NCBI RefSeq assembly: GCF_009914755.1
Contig: NC_060929.1
DNA from: the human T2T-CHM13v2.0 reference genome, Homo sapiens
DNA: 64,000 nucleotides
Reading direction: 5' to 3' (one strand)
Made by a program: the position numbers and the translations under genes
Shown: positions 29,667 to 41,944 of the stretch, in pieces
Position numbering within the stretch: position 1 is the first letter of the stretch
How the letters are laid out: each line of letters opens with the position of its first letter
Notes under the pieces: generated by a model
What the model was told of the DNA's origin: nothing
Database searches by the model: none
Seen by the model: only the letters and a program-made list of their open reading frames with translations

Positions 29667-31109
29667 CAGATTCAGAAAGAAATCTGCAAGATTTCTGGCA
29701 ATTGATAGAGATTACATATGGCAATTTATAGACATGCATGTGGAGCTCCTGAATGAAAAGGAAGTTTATCCAATAAAGCACTTGGGAATCACTCTTTTGG
29801 GGCAGGCTGAACTTGAGCAGAAGCAAGCACATCCACTTGAGTCAAAGGCATGGGCCTTGTTTAGGAGTAGAGGTACCAGGGTGGCTGAGAGTGGAGGAAC
29901 CAAAGGGGAATTACAAAATCTTGATTGAGATTGAGATGGAGACAGAGGGAGCAAGATAAATAGGGTAAAGTCAAGTCAACTGTCAGGTCCAATTGGCAAG
30001 TGTTGACTGGGAATGGGAGACAGTGCCCAAAGGTCAGGGGTGGAGTAAACACAAGCCCAGATGAGGAAGCGAAAGAATCCAATATTTTGTTTGTGTCTTG
30101 ATGGGTGCCAACTACAAGGGGTAGGTGTGGGTGGCCTAGTTACAGGTGAAGGATAGGAATTGACAAATAGTAGTAATCCTTTTGCAATTCCAGAATTCCT
30201 TTCGTTAGTGGATTGTAAAGTGATTTTCAGAGTAGAGACTCCTGACAGCATCAGCATAATCTTACTTTTAAAAATGGCTAAAAAACAGAAAGACAGCAAT
30301 TAGTTAACATTTATTGGCTGCCAGACATTGTTTCTAAACACTTTAATGCTTTATTTCATTTAATCTTCATAAGTACACTTTGAGAACCAAGCTTCTTAAT
30401 AGGGAGCTAATTAAAGAATGACTAAAAACATAAGTGACATTTGGAGGGAACTTGTATAATGTCATCATTGAAAATGAGTCCTAGTTATTCATGTACTGAT
30501 TTGTCCACTCACATATTTATTCAGCCTATAATAATTGGGCACCTAATACATGTTGGGTGCTATTCTAGGGCCTTTGCCTGGATGATGTTATTGATTTCAT
30601 TGTTTAACAGAGAGACAGTGGAGGGAGCAAGGGATTTTGAGTCAGAAAATCTAAGTTCTGTTTCTAACTCTAACTGGTCCCGTGGTCCTTGGAAAAGTCA
30701 GGCTGCTTCTCTCTTTAATGTGTTCTGATGTAAAACAAGGAGCTAAGCTGCTTGAGGTCTTTTAGAATTTACTGTTAAAGTATTCAGTAGCTTTATAGTA
30801 CATTGACGCTTATAATAAATACTCACTTATAGTCTGTCATTCTACCCTCCCACCCCCATCAGGGAAATCATAGTATTTATGAGGCTTTAAACGTGGAAAC
30901 TTGTCAGGGATTGGACCAAGTTCCTCTGCTCTTTTCACTGAATTCCTCTGCCTTCCATGTAGGAATTTGTGTTTAATTTCTGAAAGAATTATAACAGAGC
31001 TGGGGGAAGATGTCAGAGGAAAAGGGAAAGATATAGATGATATAGAAGACAAGGAGAAGTTAAGACTGGGAAGGACAATGTACTAGCTCTCAGGAGCTTT
31101 GTGCTCTGT

Positions 31110-31420
31110 CTCTGAAATCATTCAGGGCTGCTATAGTCATCAAAAAAATGTATCCAAAGGCACAAGAAGAGAGACCTTCCAACTGGTGGAAATTACATTA
31201 AGGCAAATTTGGGTTCAGTAAAATGGTAGAGGAGTTCTTTACCGGACATTCCGATTGCCCATGGCTGGGCAGAGCTAAAACAAATGGGTCATATTACAAG
31301 GCAAAGTAGCTTTTTAATTTTAAGGCCCACCAGTCAATAGATTGCTACGGCCAAGGATGAAATGGGCCACTCTGGTAGGAGGTGAGCTCCTCCTCATGGT
31401 GCATGCTTATGCTGAGACAA
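31110..31420 (+). mobile_element. Possible L3/CR1 fragment
   Basis: 'aaattacattaaggcaaatttgggttcag' and 'ggaggtgagctcctcctca' resemble the L3 3' region. Confidence 0.4.
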
Positions 31421-33574
31421 CGTAAAATCCTAGAGGGGTTAGCAACTTGGATCAGGGCTACAAGACCAGAAAAGGGACTTTCAACTCCGAAATGCTATGA
31501 CTGTAGGAGGCAGGAGGCTTACAGTTTTATCTGTAGTCTATAACCCCTAGTCCAGAGTTTAGATATCCTTATAGTAATCTACTGGGGAATATTGAAGTCC
31601 CTTTTGCAGGCACTGACATCCAGGCCAAATTCCTTAATTTATTTATTTTATAAAAGAAGTTCCTTGTACGAATTTTTGACAGAATACTCACCCTAACTCC
31701 TATTTTTGGCATTTCTGACCTCTCGTTCTTGACAAATAACCATGATGGCAGACTTCTCTGGGAGCCAGAATTGAAGTTAGAGTTGGATCAACACCCTGAA
31801 ATTCTAGGCCCACCAGTCAATAGATTAACAGGGTTACCTTTGAATTTGTCCAGAGCCCTTATTTTCCAAAATGTTTTTCATCTGCTATCTTTATCAGAAG
31901 TGTATCAGTCAATTGGTGTTCTCTGAGGGTAATAACTTTAACAAGAGAAGGTGTATGGAAGTGCTTTGTAACAGTGAAACACTCTGAAAAGTTAGAAGTT
32001 TTATTATTGTTATAACCTGCCAAGGCCACAGTACTGGTTATTAGCAGATCTATATCTAGAGTGGGTTACTTAGAATCCTTTTGGAGGTAAATAAATAACA
32101 CTACTGATAATTTAAAAAGAAGCAAAGTCCAAGTCTCCTTGATTGACCAGCAAGCAACAGTAAAGTTTAGAGCTGGATTTTACAAGCATGAGAGGACCAA
32201 ATCAGCATCACTGAAACACAGGTGGTTGTTCCAGTCCAGTGAGTAACTTTGGCCTGAATGTGAGTCTGTAGAAATTGGCCAACGATCATCTTGATTGGGA
32301 CAATGATGGGTTGGACATGGGGATGAGGTGGCCACCAGCAGTGGACCTGAACGAAATGACTTTCTGCTTAGTTTAGTTCAGAGGTCATGAGTGTAAATCC
32401 ATCTTTCCCTGATGGTGAGGGGCATTTACAAGCTAGGGCTACACTAATAATTTAAAGTGAACTGGGAACTAGTGATTAAAAAATACCTCCGAGTGATGAA
32501 AAGACACTGTTTAGACTTCTAAAGGAAATGGTTTAAAAAATAATTCCCAATTCATTGCAATATTAAGAACATTCTTAAAATGTTATCTTTGTCCTGATCT
32601 CTTAATCCCCATAAGGGGTTTTCTGTAAAGGTTCTTTAAGCATTTGAAGCCACTAATACCATGAGTGGAAAAAGAACACACTCTTTTAATTAAAGTGGAA
32701 AATTGCTATGTTCATGTTAATTTCAATTGAGAACATCTAAAAGTATAAGAGAATACATATTTCCTGGTCTTAGTATCCAGGGCTTAGGATTATTTAAGAT
32801 CAGTAGCCAAAATTGTTCCTATTTTACACTGCATAATCAGGAAAACTGTTGAGAGGGGAATGTTAGCAGGCGATGGGTTTTAGTTTTCCAATTATGTCAG
32901 CCTGGTTGGGGAACATCTAAATGCCATTTGTCCTTGACCTTTGAACTGTTTTCTCCCTCACTCTTGGGCAACACAGCAAATGACCCTTACGAAGCAGCAA
33001 ATTAGTAGCATGTGTCAAGGCTGACACTTCTGTTTTTCAATCTAGTTGTCTGTTTTGCTATCCAAAGCTGCCTTCTTCAGGGGTAGCTGCACTTGGCAGA
33101 ATGATAAACTGTGCTTCTGTTTACTCATTTTTCCCAAGGCTAATTTAAAAGTGCTGTGGGTAGGTAAGTGATGTTGATAATGGGAACATCTTAAGCTATT
33201 AAGTTGAGAACTGAAATATTAGCATGGGCAAATAGACTCATCTCTAGCTGATGGAAATGAGTCCATGTACTGTTTTTTAGCCCGAGAGTGCCATGTGTAG
33301 TTTCTTTTGGTCCCATAAGCCAGGGGATCTGGCTCCCCAGAGCTGGGAAGATTATAGCATTGAGCAAATAATGTGCTTTGAGATTCTTTAAGGCCCAAAT
33401 TTGTCCCAATTGCTTCATCCCAGGTTCTCACTTTTATTTCCCCCTCATCGGTTTTGGTGACATTATTTTCCAAAGTAGTCCAATTGCATCAATCATTCAT
33501 TTTAATTTTAAAAAATTGGAGGATTTTTTTTCTTTGTGTTACTGTGTGTGAATATTGGCCCACCCGATTCATTA

Positions 33575-34000
33575 CATATAGGCAGCATGGTTCACTGGAT
33601 GTGTATAGGATTCTGAATCGGACCAAAAGGGATCTAAATACGACTTGTGCCACTATCTAGTCTTGTGACCTTGAGCAAGGCATGTAAGTTCCTTGAGTCT
33701 TATTTCTTCACCTGTAAAGTGGAAATATCTATTGCTACCTTTTGCTACCTTTTTGGATGATTGTGAATGTACACAGTATCTAGGAAATAGCAAGTAATTA
33801 ATATATGCTAATGATTATTAACAGCTAACATTGATTGGACATCTGGTACGTGCCAGGAATTATGGGAATCCTCAAAACATCTCTAGGAAATAAGAACCAT
33901 TATTATCTTCACTTGCTGATGAGAAAGAGATGGGCTAAATACTGGCTCAATGTCCCAAAGATAGGAGATGGCCATGCCAGGATCGTAGAGCCTTCAGTCG
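33575..34000. mobile_element. Two adjacent MIR fragments in opposite orientation
   Basis: 'tgtgaccttgagcaag..cacctgtaaagtgg' followed by 'acagctaacattgatt..gtgccagg..gatgagaaa'. Confidence 0.6.
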
Positions 34001-34978
34001 GCCTCTACTCCTCATGTAAGAAGAATGGCTGTGCAGGGTTTTGCCACCTGGAGTAAGAACTGCCTAAATATGTATCCCAGGGAGGATTCTAAGACCTGCA
34101 GAACTCCTTGCTCCCAGTCCCTCCTCTTTTTCATGCCTTCTCATTCATACTTAAGCCAGAAGCTGTGAAGGGCAAATCTGATGCCAACAGACAGGACCAC
34201 GTGGCAAGTAGACCCCTGGAAGACCTGCTGTAGCTTGGCTTCACACTCAGCTGTGAACTTGTCAGCTGAACACACAACTGCAGGTGCAGTGTTCCATGTG
34301 CAGGCCATTAAGAAAACTCCAGTCATTCAAATGTTATTTTATTAGAAGGGAGGAATGGAGTCTTAAATACAGACCCACTCTATTAAGATAGTTGAAAAAC
34401 ACAGATGTAAATATCATGACATTATTGTGCTATCACCATTACATCATCTTGCAAACCCCAACTCTCCACAAACTTAAACAGAAGTCATTTTTATTATCAA
34501 TACTAAATACGCTTAAATCTAAGATATTAAGATCAGAAACTGTCATAGTAACTCATGTACAGCTAAAAAGGTGTACAATTCAGATTAAAGAGATCATGGC
34601 ACTTTGCTCTTTAGTTAAAATACTAGTGTGTTGTCCATCAACTGATGAATGGATATACAAATGTGGTATAACCCTACAGTGGAATTTTATTCAGCCATAG
34701 AAAAAAAGGAAGCACTGATACATGCTACAACACGAATAAACCTCAGAAAACAATATCGTAAGTGAAAGAAGCCAGGCACAAAAGACCCCAGATAGCATGA
34801 TTCCATTTACGTGAAATGTCTAGAAAGCTAATCTATGGAAACAGAAGGTGGATGAGTGGTTGCCAGGGGCTGGGGATCAGGAAGAAAAAGGAGTGGAGAG
34901 TGATTGCTGTCATGTACTTCTTGGGGTGACGAAATGTTCTAAAATTAGATTATAGTGATGGTTGCACAACTGTAAATA

Positions 34979-35201
34979 CAGATGGTCTCCAACTTACTAT
35001 AGTTCCATGATTCCTTGACTTTATGAGGGTGCAAAAGAGATAGGCATTCAACCTGCTTCTTGATGAGGTTAGGTCCAGATAAACTATACGCTGAAAATAT
35101 CATAAGTTGAAAACATCCTTTTGACTTAAACAATATTTTTAACTTTCAACTTGCAATGAGTTTGTTGGGATCTAACCCCACTGTAAGTTGAGGAGCATCT
35201 G
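34979..35201. mobile_element. MER47/Tigger5-type MITE
   Basis: TIRs CAGATGGTCTCCAACTTAC...GTAAGTTGAGGAGCATCTG flanked by TA/TA. Confidence 0.8.
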
Positions 35202-35227
35202 TATACTAAAATCCATTGAATTGTATA

Positions 35228-35621
35228 CAGTTGTCCCTCAGTATTCATGGGGGATTGGTTCCACATACAAATTGGTTATATGCAAATACTATAGCATCTT
35301 CTATCAAGGACTTGCGCATCTGTGGATCTAATGAATACTAGAATACCAGATCCACAGATGCGCAAGTCTTTGATACAAGACGTTGTAGTATTTACATAAG
35401 ACCTATTCACATCCTCCCATATACTTTAAATCATCTCTAGGTTACTTATAATACTGAATACAATGCGAATACTATGTAAATAGCAAGTGAATATTTGTTA
35501 CACTATATTGTTTTACATTTTGTATTATTTTTATTGTATTATCATTTTTTTTCAGAATATGTTTTATCCTTGATTGGTTGAATTCATGGATGTAAAACTT
35601 GCGAATACAAAGGGCTGGCTG
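35228..35621 (+). mobile_element. MER2 (TcMar-Tigger) with internal inverted duplication
   Basis: TIRs CAGTTGTCCCT...AGGGCTGGCTG flanked by TA/TA; 'cacatcctcccatatactttaaatcatctctag'. Confidence 0.85.
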
Positions 35622-37703
35622 TACTTTAAACAAGTGAACTTTGTGGAACATAAAGTATATCACAATAAAGCTGCTTAAAAAATACAAGCCTATTATTTCC
35701 TCTAATTATTTGCAAAAATGATAATATTCTTTCATGTTCAGCAGCTCTTTTTGAATAAATAGCAATGAACAAGAAGGCATTTCATTCACCTCCTCTGAGA
35801 CTTGATAATTAATCTTGTCCTCACCTCCTCACTTTTTAACCTGCCCATCAAGTATTTGACTGCTGGGAAGGTGGAGTTGCAGAGATAATTGGCTCTCTGC
35901 TTATCAAGCACAACTCTCAGGCAAGACCTGTAAATCTGTCTCCATCTCTGCCTCCTTCCCCGTATTCCCTCTTTTTCCTTTCAACCCTTACTGCTGAGCA
36001 CCCAGTCAGTGTTCAAAATCAGAGCTGAACTGACTCAGAGCAGGGACTTCTGCCTCTGTGGGTCTTCACTGCAAAGGGAACCAGAGCCATTTGTTAATGA
36101 CTAAAAAGCAGAAACTGGTGGAGATAAAAAGAGATGGTGTCAAATTCTCTCCTTTCTGGATGCTGGTGGTGGTTATGTAGGCAGCTTTCATTTCTGTAAG
36201 TGTGCACTACAGTAGGAGTGAGACAGGAACCAGGATGCCAATTGAGAGAACTAAGAAAAATTGTGATTGGCATTTAGGCATCAAGAGAAAAAGTTCTCTT
36301 AGTGTTATTGACGTGCTCAATTTACTGTACAAGCAACTAAGGTGATGGGCAAATTGTATCCTTTGGATTGAAATCTCAATCCAGTTTCTAAATATTGAGG
36401 GAGTCTTGTTCTCTGCTCAGATTTCCTGCATCCTTAAGGTATTGGCCAGATGAGCCACTGTGGAACTGTACAACTCAGAACCCTTACTCCACATTCCTCT
36501 GGCCTAACAAAGTTGGGAGGATTTACACAAAGGTCAAGGGATCAAGCACAGCAAATGTGGGGTTGAAACTTAACTGGTCTCAAGACAGGAGGTGGACCTC
36601 AAGTCTGAAAAGATTCCAGAAGCTTTGCCAAATCCACCCTCTCTATCATTCAGAAACATCACCACTGTAGTGATAGGTTTTAAGCACTGTAATCAATTTT
36701 TTTTTTTTTTACTCATTGGGTACCTATTTCTCATTTCTCCCATTTTCTTCTTCCCTTTACTGTCCCTCCTCTGCCAGTGACAGAGTAACTTTACTCCTTC
36801 CCACTTTCCCTAAAAGTGCCAAGCAGTAGGGTGGGAGTGGGCACAAGGCATGGATTCTGCAAACATGCTTTCTCTGCTATCCCCTTGAAGGACCTAGTCC
36901 TGAAGCAGAGAAAGAGAAGTGAGCTTGTGGCACAAGGATATCTGTCCAGAATCCAAGAAGCCAGGTGACTTACCCTGGGCATGTCGCAAGCCTGTCAAAG
37001 TTTGAATGCTTGCTTCCGAATGCAGAGGGTGAAGTCACAGAGCCTGCCAGATTTACCAAGGGTGCCTGCTGGGGTTTGCTCCTGGCACCGAATATCCTCA
37101 ACTACCAGTCTGTGCAGCTCTCATGAGCACCAACCTGTTTGCTGATTACCCGTTGGCAAGCTGACTCTTCAGACAGATTAATATTTGCCCTGGGATATAC
37201 AAGGCTTTTATGACCCCTCCCCATTGCAAAGAAAACAAAAATTGACTAACTTGCTTTTGATGGTGGTTGGATTTGTTTGATGTGGCTTGATTTGGTTTAC
37301 AGCTCATTTGCGGCAGAATCAAAATGGCTCGATTCAAGGCAGCTGTGGTTTCAGCAAAGCAGGAGGAATAAGGAGTTGGGAGGGGTGGGGCAACCATAGC
37401 AAGGGCAAGCTACAGGGTTGAGTCATGAGTCCCTTTCACTTAAAGCTGTAGTCTATGCTGTCATCCCTGTGTCGCCAGCATCTGCTCACCTGGCTTCTTT
37501 GGAACATGGCACACAGGATGGGACAAGTGATTCTGAAAGGGCAAGCAATGGCCACAGAACTCGAGTTGTGATCTCAATCCTTGTCAAAAATCACTTTTCA
37601 GACAGGAAGTAAATTTTTAGCTCTAAATTATGTAAAATCAGGAATCTAACCACAACAGAGGACAAAAATGGAAGCCTTCTCATAATGTCATTTGTTTGGA
37701 TGG

Positions 37704-38144
37704 TGTTATGGGTTGAATTGCATCCTCCCGAAAGAGACGCTGAAGTCCTCCAGTACCTTAGAATGTGACCTCATTTGGAAATAGGGTCCTTGCAAATGTA
37801 ATTGGTTAAGATGAAGTAATAATGGAGTGGGGTGGGCCCTTAATCCAATAGGACTGATGTTTTTATAAGACAGAGAAGAGACACACGGGGAGGACACCTT
37901 GGAAAACAGCGGCAGAGATCGGAGTGATGCAGCTACAAGCCAAGGAATGCCAAGGAGTGCTGCCACCACAAGAGGCTAGGGTGAGGCAAGGGAGGACTCC
38001 ACCCAGCATCTCAGAGGGAGCATGGCCCTGCTGAAACCTTGATTCCACACTTGTTGCCTCTAGAAGTGTCGGAAAATACATTTTTGTTGTTGTAAGCCAT
38101 CTAGTTGTGGTGCTTTGTTATGTCAGCCCTAATAAACTAATACA
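37704..38144 (+). mobile_element. MLT1C-like MaLR solo LTR
   Basis: TGTTATGGGTTGAATTG...AAACTAATACA; 5-bp TSD GATGG/GATGA. Confidence 0.88.
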
Positions 38145-38318
38145 GATGATTTATATGTGAGTCAGCTGGATTTGCCTACAAACACCTTTTCTGCAACTTC
38201 TTATATGAACCAATTTGAAATTTAATAGTATTTTTAATTAGTGAAAAAAGTTGGATGGTATGGGATTTTGTTGGCCTAATGTGGACACAGCACATGTTTT
38301 ATTCTAGTGTAGCAGTGA

Positions 38319-38812
38319 TGTGCTGAATCCCTATCAACTCCAAAGGGGATGGCACTAGGTTCAAGAGGCTGAAGAAGAGATCCAGAGCTAGAAAATGAGA
38401 CACTGGGGTTTTACTGGGGGTTTACATACAGGGGAGAGGGTCTAGTGGTGGCGGGCTGGACAGGAGAACTGCTGGTCCAGTGGCAGTGGGCTGGTAAGAA
38501 GAACCACAATCGCTGGCAAAAGGCATGCAGTTTATAAAACATTTTCACTTAACACCCTCCCCCTAGCAACCTCAGCCTGGCAACCTTCATTTAACCCCAA
38601 ACAAAGGATGCTGATCCCCTGTATGGCCCACATTCCCTGGGACGGGCTGGGGTTCAGATGTTCCTCATAGATAAGGAATGAATCTCTGGGATGGCCACTT
38701 CCAATTCCTTAGCTTGGAACTCTGAACATACATTTGGGTGCATCTGCCACACAGGGTCATTCTCAGGGTAGGCTCAAGTGAAGTTATCACAGTCAGGAGC
38801 ACCTACCATGCA
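38319..38812 (-). mobile_element. ERV solo LTR (LTR47-like)
   Basis: TG...CA ends; reverse motifs 'cagatgttcctcatagataaggaatgaatctc' and 'cagggtcattctcagggta' match LTR47 as recalled. Confidence 0.65.
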
Positions 38813-39429
38813 AGCATCCCTGACCCCTCCAGTGAGAAAGTTGCTCATGTCCTGTGAAAAGCCAGTGATAGTGCTCTGAGTTCACTGCTATGATGTCTTG
38901 TTATTCTTTCTTTAAAGGAGAGCTCTGACCACTAGAAAGAGTTTTAAGAATGAATAAGGAGATACAGGACAGACACAGAAACCCTGGAGGACAAATGGTG
39001 CCAAAAGGATACTTATACCTTTGGCATTTCCCCAGCAGGAGGGGAAGGAGGAGTAGAGGGAGGTAGTCATAGTACCTCACCCTTCAATCCTCACTCTGGC
39101 TTTGATGTTGTCATTAGCATGTATCCCCAGAAAAGTCACTTATCTCTCTCAGGGTTTCTATTTTATTCAGGGGTAATTGATTTCCACTTACCAACCTATC
39201 CAAAACACATGGAGGAGAAAAAGGGAAATAAATTAAACCTTCATGTTCTAGGTCTTTAGGAAAAGCATTTTGTGGCCTCTAAAGTCTCTAGTCTCTTGGT
39301 TCTGTGTACAGAACACTCAATACCATCAACATCTGCATACTCTAGGCTCCTGACCCCTCTTTCTAGAACACAGGCACTATATTCAGAAACCTTTCCAGCC
39401 CAAAGGAAATCTTGTGAAATCTGGATATA

Positions 39430-39600
39430 TATTATTTTATTTAAAAAAATCCCAGACATCATGTTATTTTACTCCTACCTATTTCAGTATATATCTCTAG
39501 CAATTATGACCATATTCTTAGGTAACCCGTGTTCTTTTCACATCCAACAGAATTACTAATTTCTTGGTATCAAATATGGATATGTTTATATTTTTTGCAA
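39430..39600 (-). mobile_element. L1MC-type fragment followed by a 27-bp period duplication (39600-39647)
   Basis: 'aatcccagacatcatgttatttt..tttcagtatatatctct'; attcaaaataggaaacacatt occurs twice. Confidence 0.5.
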
Positions 39601-39835
39601 TTCAAAATAGGAAACACATTAGTCCTATTCAAAATAGGAAACACATTGGTGAATTACTCTAAATTGTTGAAGTTGAAGGGACCTCAGGGAAACAATTTCT
39701 GTTAGTACCTAAATTTCTCAAGGCAGAAGGCTACATGTCCTATTGTTAAATATCATAGGACATTCGTATGCAATGAGGGACTTTGGGGATTATCCAGCTC
39801 AACTTCTCATTTGATAGATGAGGATGCTGACACCC

Positions 39836-40402
39836 TGTGATGGCTAATTTTGTGTCAACTTGACTGGGTTAAGGGATGCCCAGATAGCTGATAAAATATT
39901 ATTTCTGATGTGTCTCTGAGGGTGCTTCTGGGAGAAACACCCAGTACACTTGGTATTGAATCCATAGACTGAGTAAAGAATGTCCACCCTCACCAATGTG
40001 GGTGGGCTTTATCTAATCTACTGTGGGCCTGAATAGAACAAAAACATGGAAGGGGTGAAAATTTTCCTTCCTTGAGCTGGGACATCCCTCTATTCCTGCC
40101 CTTGGACTTCAGACCCCTGGTTCTTAGGGCTTTAGACTCTCAGACTTATACCAGCCTCTCTCTTGTTCTCAGGCTTTGGCCGTGGAGTGGGAGCTACACT
40201 ATCAGCTCTCCTGGTTCTCAGGCCTTCAGAATAAGACTGAATTACACCACTGGCTTTCCTGGGGCTCCAGCTTGCAGACGGCACATAATAGGACTTCTTG
40301 CCTCCATAATCGTGTGAGCCAATTTCCATAATAAATCTCCTCTCATGTATACCCATATATATCCCATTGGTTCTGCTTCTCTGGGGAATGTTGACTAACA
40401 CA
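39836..40402 (+). mobile_element. MLT2B-like (HERV-L) solo LTR inserted in a MIR
   Basis: TGTGATGGCTAATTTT..GTCAACTTGACTGGG start, '..GACTAACACA' end, AATAAA at ~40330; MIR sequence on both flanks. Confidence 0.88.
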
Positions 40403-40960
40403 GGCCCTGAAAAGCCATGTAACACCTGGTGAGTCAGAGACCAAAGCAGAATTGTAACCCACCCATTTCTGACTCCCATTCCACAGCAAACTGATTCTTT
40501 AGGAATGGAGATGCCATAGACTTTCTTAGCAGCCAAATTTGTTATTTAATTCCAAAGTTATTGTCTCTGGCTCACTATACTCCCAATTAACTGCACTTTA
40601 AGCTCACTTCCTCCATGGAAATAGAGACCAACTAGCTTGAATGTTCTTCCTTCTAACCTGTCATAGTTTTGAAGACCATCAATAAGTTGTGTTTCAGGCT
40701 TTTCCCATCAGATTAAGCAGTTTTCAATCTGATCCCTTCCTCACAGCATGTTTTCTCTCCTTAAAGACTGTAAACAAACAAATGAAGAACCTGTGGGCTA
40801 CCAAAAATACATCTGTTGGGAGCAAAAAAATGTCACAGTCTCATTTTTGCCAAGTGGTCATGAGAATGTGCTGGCAAAACAGACCACACTCAGAAACAGG
40901 CCCTACTGACCTACTATAGCCTAGTCTTTTCAACCATGTTTATTAAAAAATGAACAACAA

Positions 40961-41210
40961 ATGGAAAACCAAACATTGTATGCTCTCACTCATAAGTGGG
41001 AGCTAAACGATGAGGATGCAAAGGCATAAGAATGATACAATGGACTCTGGGGACTTGGGGAAAGGTTGGGAAGGGGGTGAGGGATAAAAGACTACAAATT
41101 GGGTTTAATGTATACTGCTCGGGTGATGGGTGCACCAAAATCTCACAAATCACCACTAAAGAACTTAGGTAACCAAACACCATCTGTTCCCCAAAAACCT
41201 ATGAAAATAA
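40961..41210 (+). mobile_element. 5'-truncated L1PB1-like 3' end
   Basis: 'gaggatgcaaaggcataagaatgatacaatggac..caccaaaatctcacaaatcaccactaaagaac'; TSD aaaaaatgaacaacaa / aaaaaataaacaacaa. Confidence 0.88.
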
Positions 41211-41792
41211 AAAAAATAAACAACAAACAACAAAACCCTTCACATATAAAGAGGAAAAGAAATCAGGAAGCTGAGATTGGGACTTGGGTGAGCTCTTGAA
41301 AGATTTACTGAGCAGCTGAGATGTTGCTTGAGTGGCTTGATGGCTCCTCTTTCCTCGGATTATCACAGCAAGATCTGGCGCTGTGAAGATCATATTGCTT
41401 TCTGGTCACTCTGGTGAATAAGGGCGGGGAGTGGGGGAGGGGGTTGGTGGGCAGTAAATAAGTCCGGATATCTCCAGGGTCCAAAGTTGTGTTTGGATAA
41501 ATTTAAACACCAAGTTACAAAGTTGAAGATTAAACTAACAACCACTCATCAGTGGATAAAAACATTGCTTGACTACACGATGCCAAAATGCTGGTCTGTT
41601 GTTTTGACTGAAGTAAGCAACTACCCGGCTGGTTGCCTTCTGGCATGAAATTAGAGCACAACCTCAATGAACTGGGATTTAATTTAATTAACTGAAAAAT
41701 AAAAGGTGTCTTTTGTTACATTCTACTGGAGGAAAAGTAAAGTGGCAAGAAAGCAAGCAAGGATCAGGGCTTTATTAAAATCACCTCCTAGA

Positions 41793-41944
41793 CAGTGAGT
41801 CCCCAGTGATGCACATTGGAATCATCTGAGAAACTTTAAAAACTACGGCTGTCTGGCTCCCATCCCTAGATGTTCTGATTTAATGGCGTGGGGTGCCGCC
41901 TGAGGGTTAAAATTCTAATGTGGAACAAAGTTTGAGAACCACTG
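41793..41944. mobile_element. MER5-type hAT-Charlie element
   Basis: 'gcacattggaatcatctg..ttctgatttaat..tttgagaaccactg' with CTAGA-containing flanks. Confidence 0.7.

Larger units (their letters stand above)
34630..35683 (+). mobile_element. L1MB-type 3' end hosting two Tigger-family insertions
   Basis: 'tgtccatcaactgatgaatggata', 'aagtgaaagaagccag', 'gtggttgccaggggct'; resumes between and after the inserts and ends 'aataaagctgcttaaaaaa'. Confidence 0.85.
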
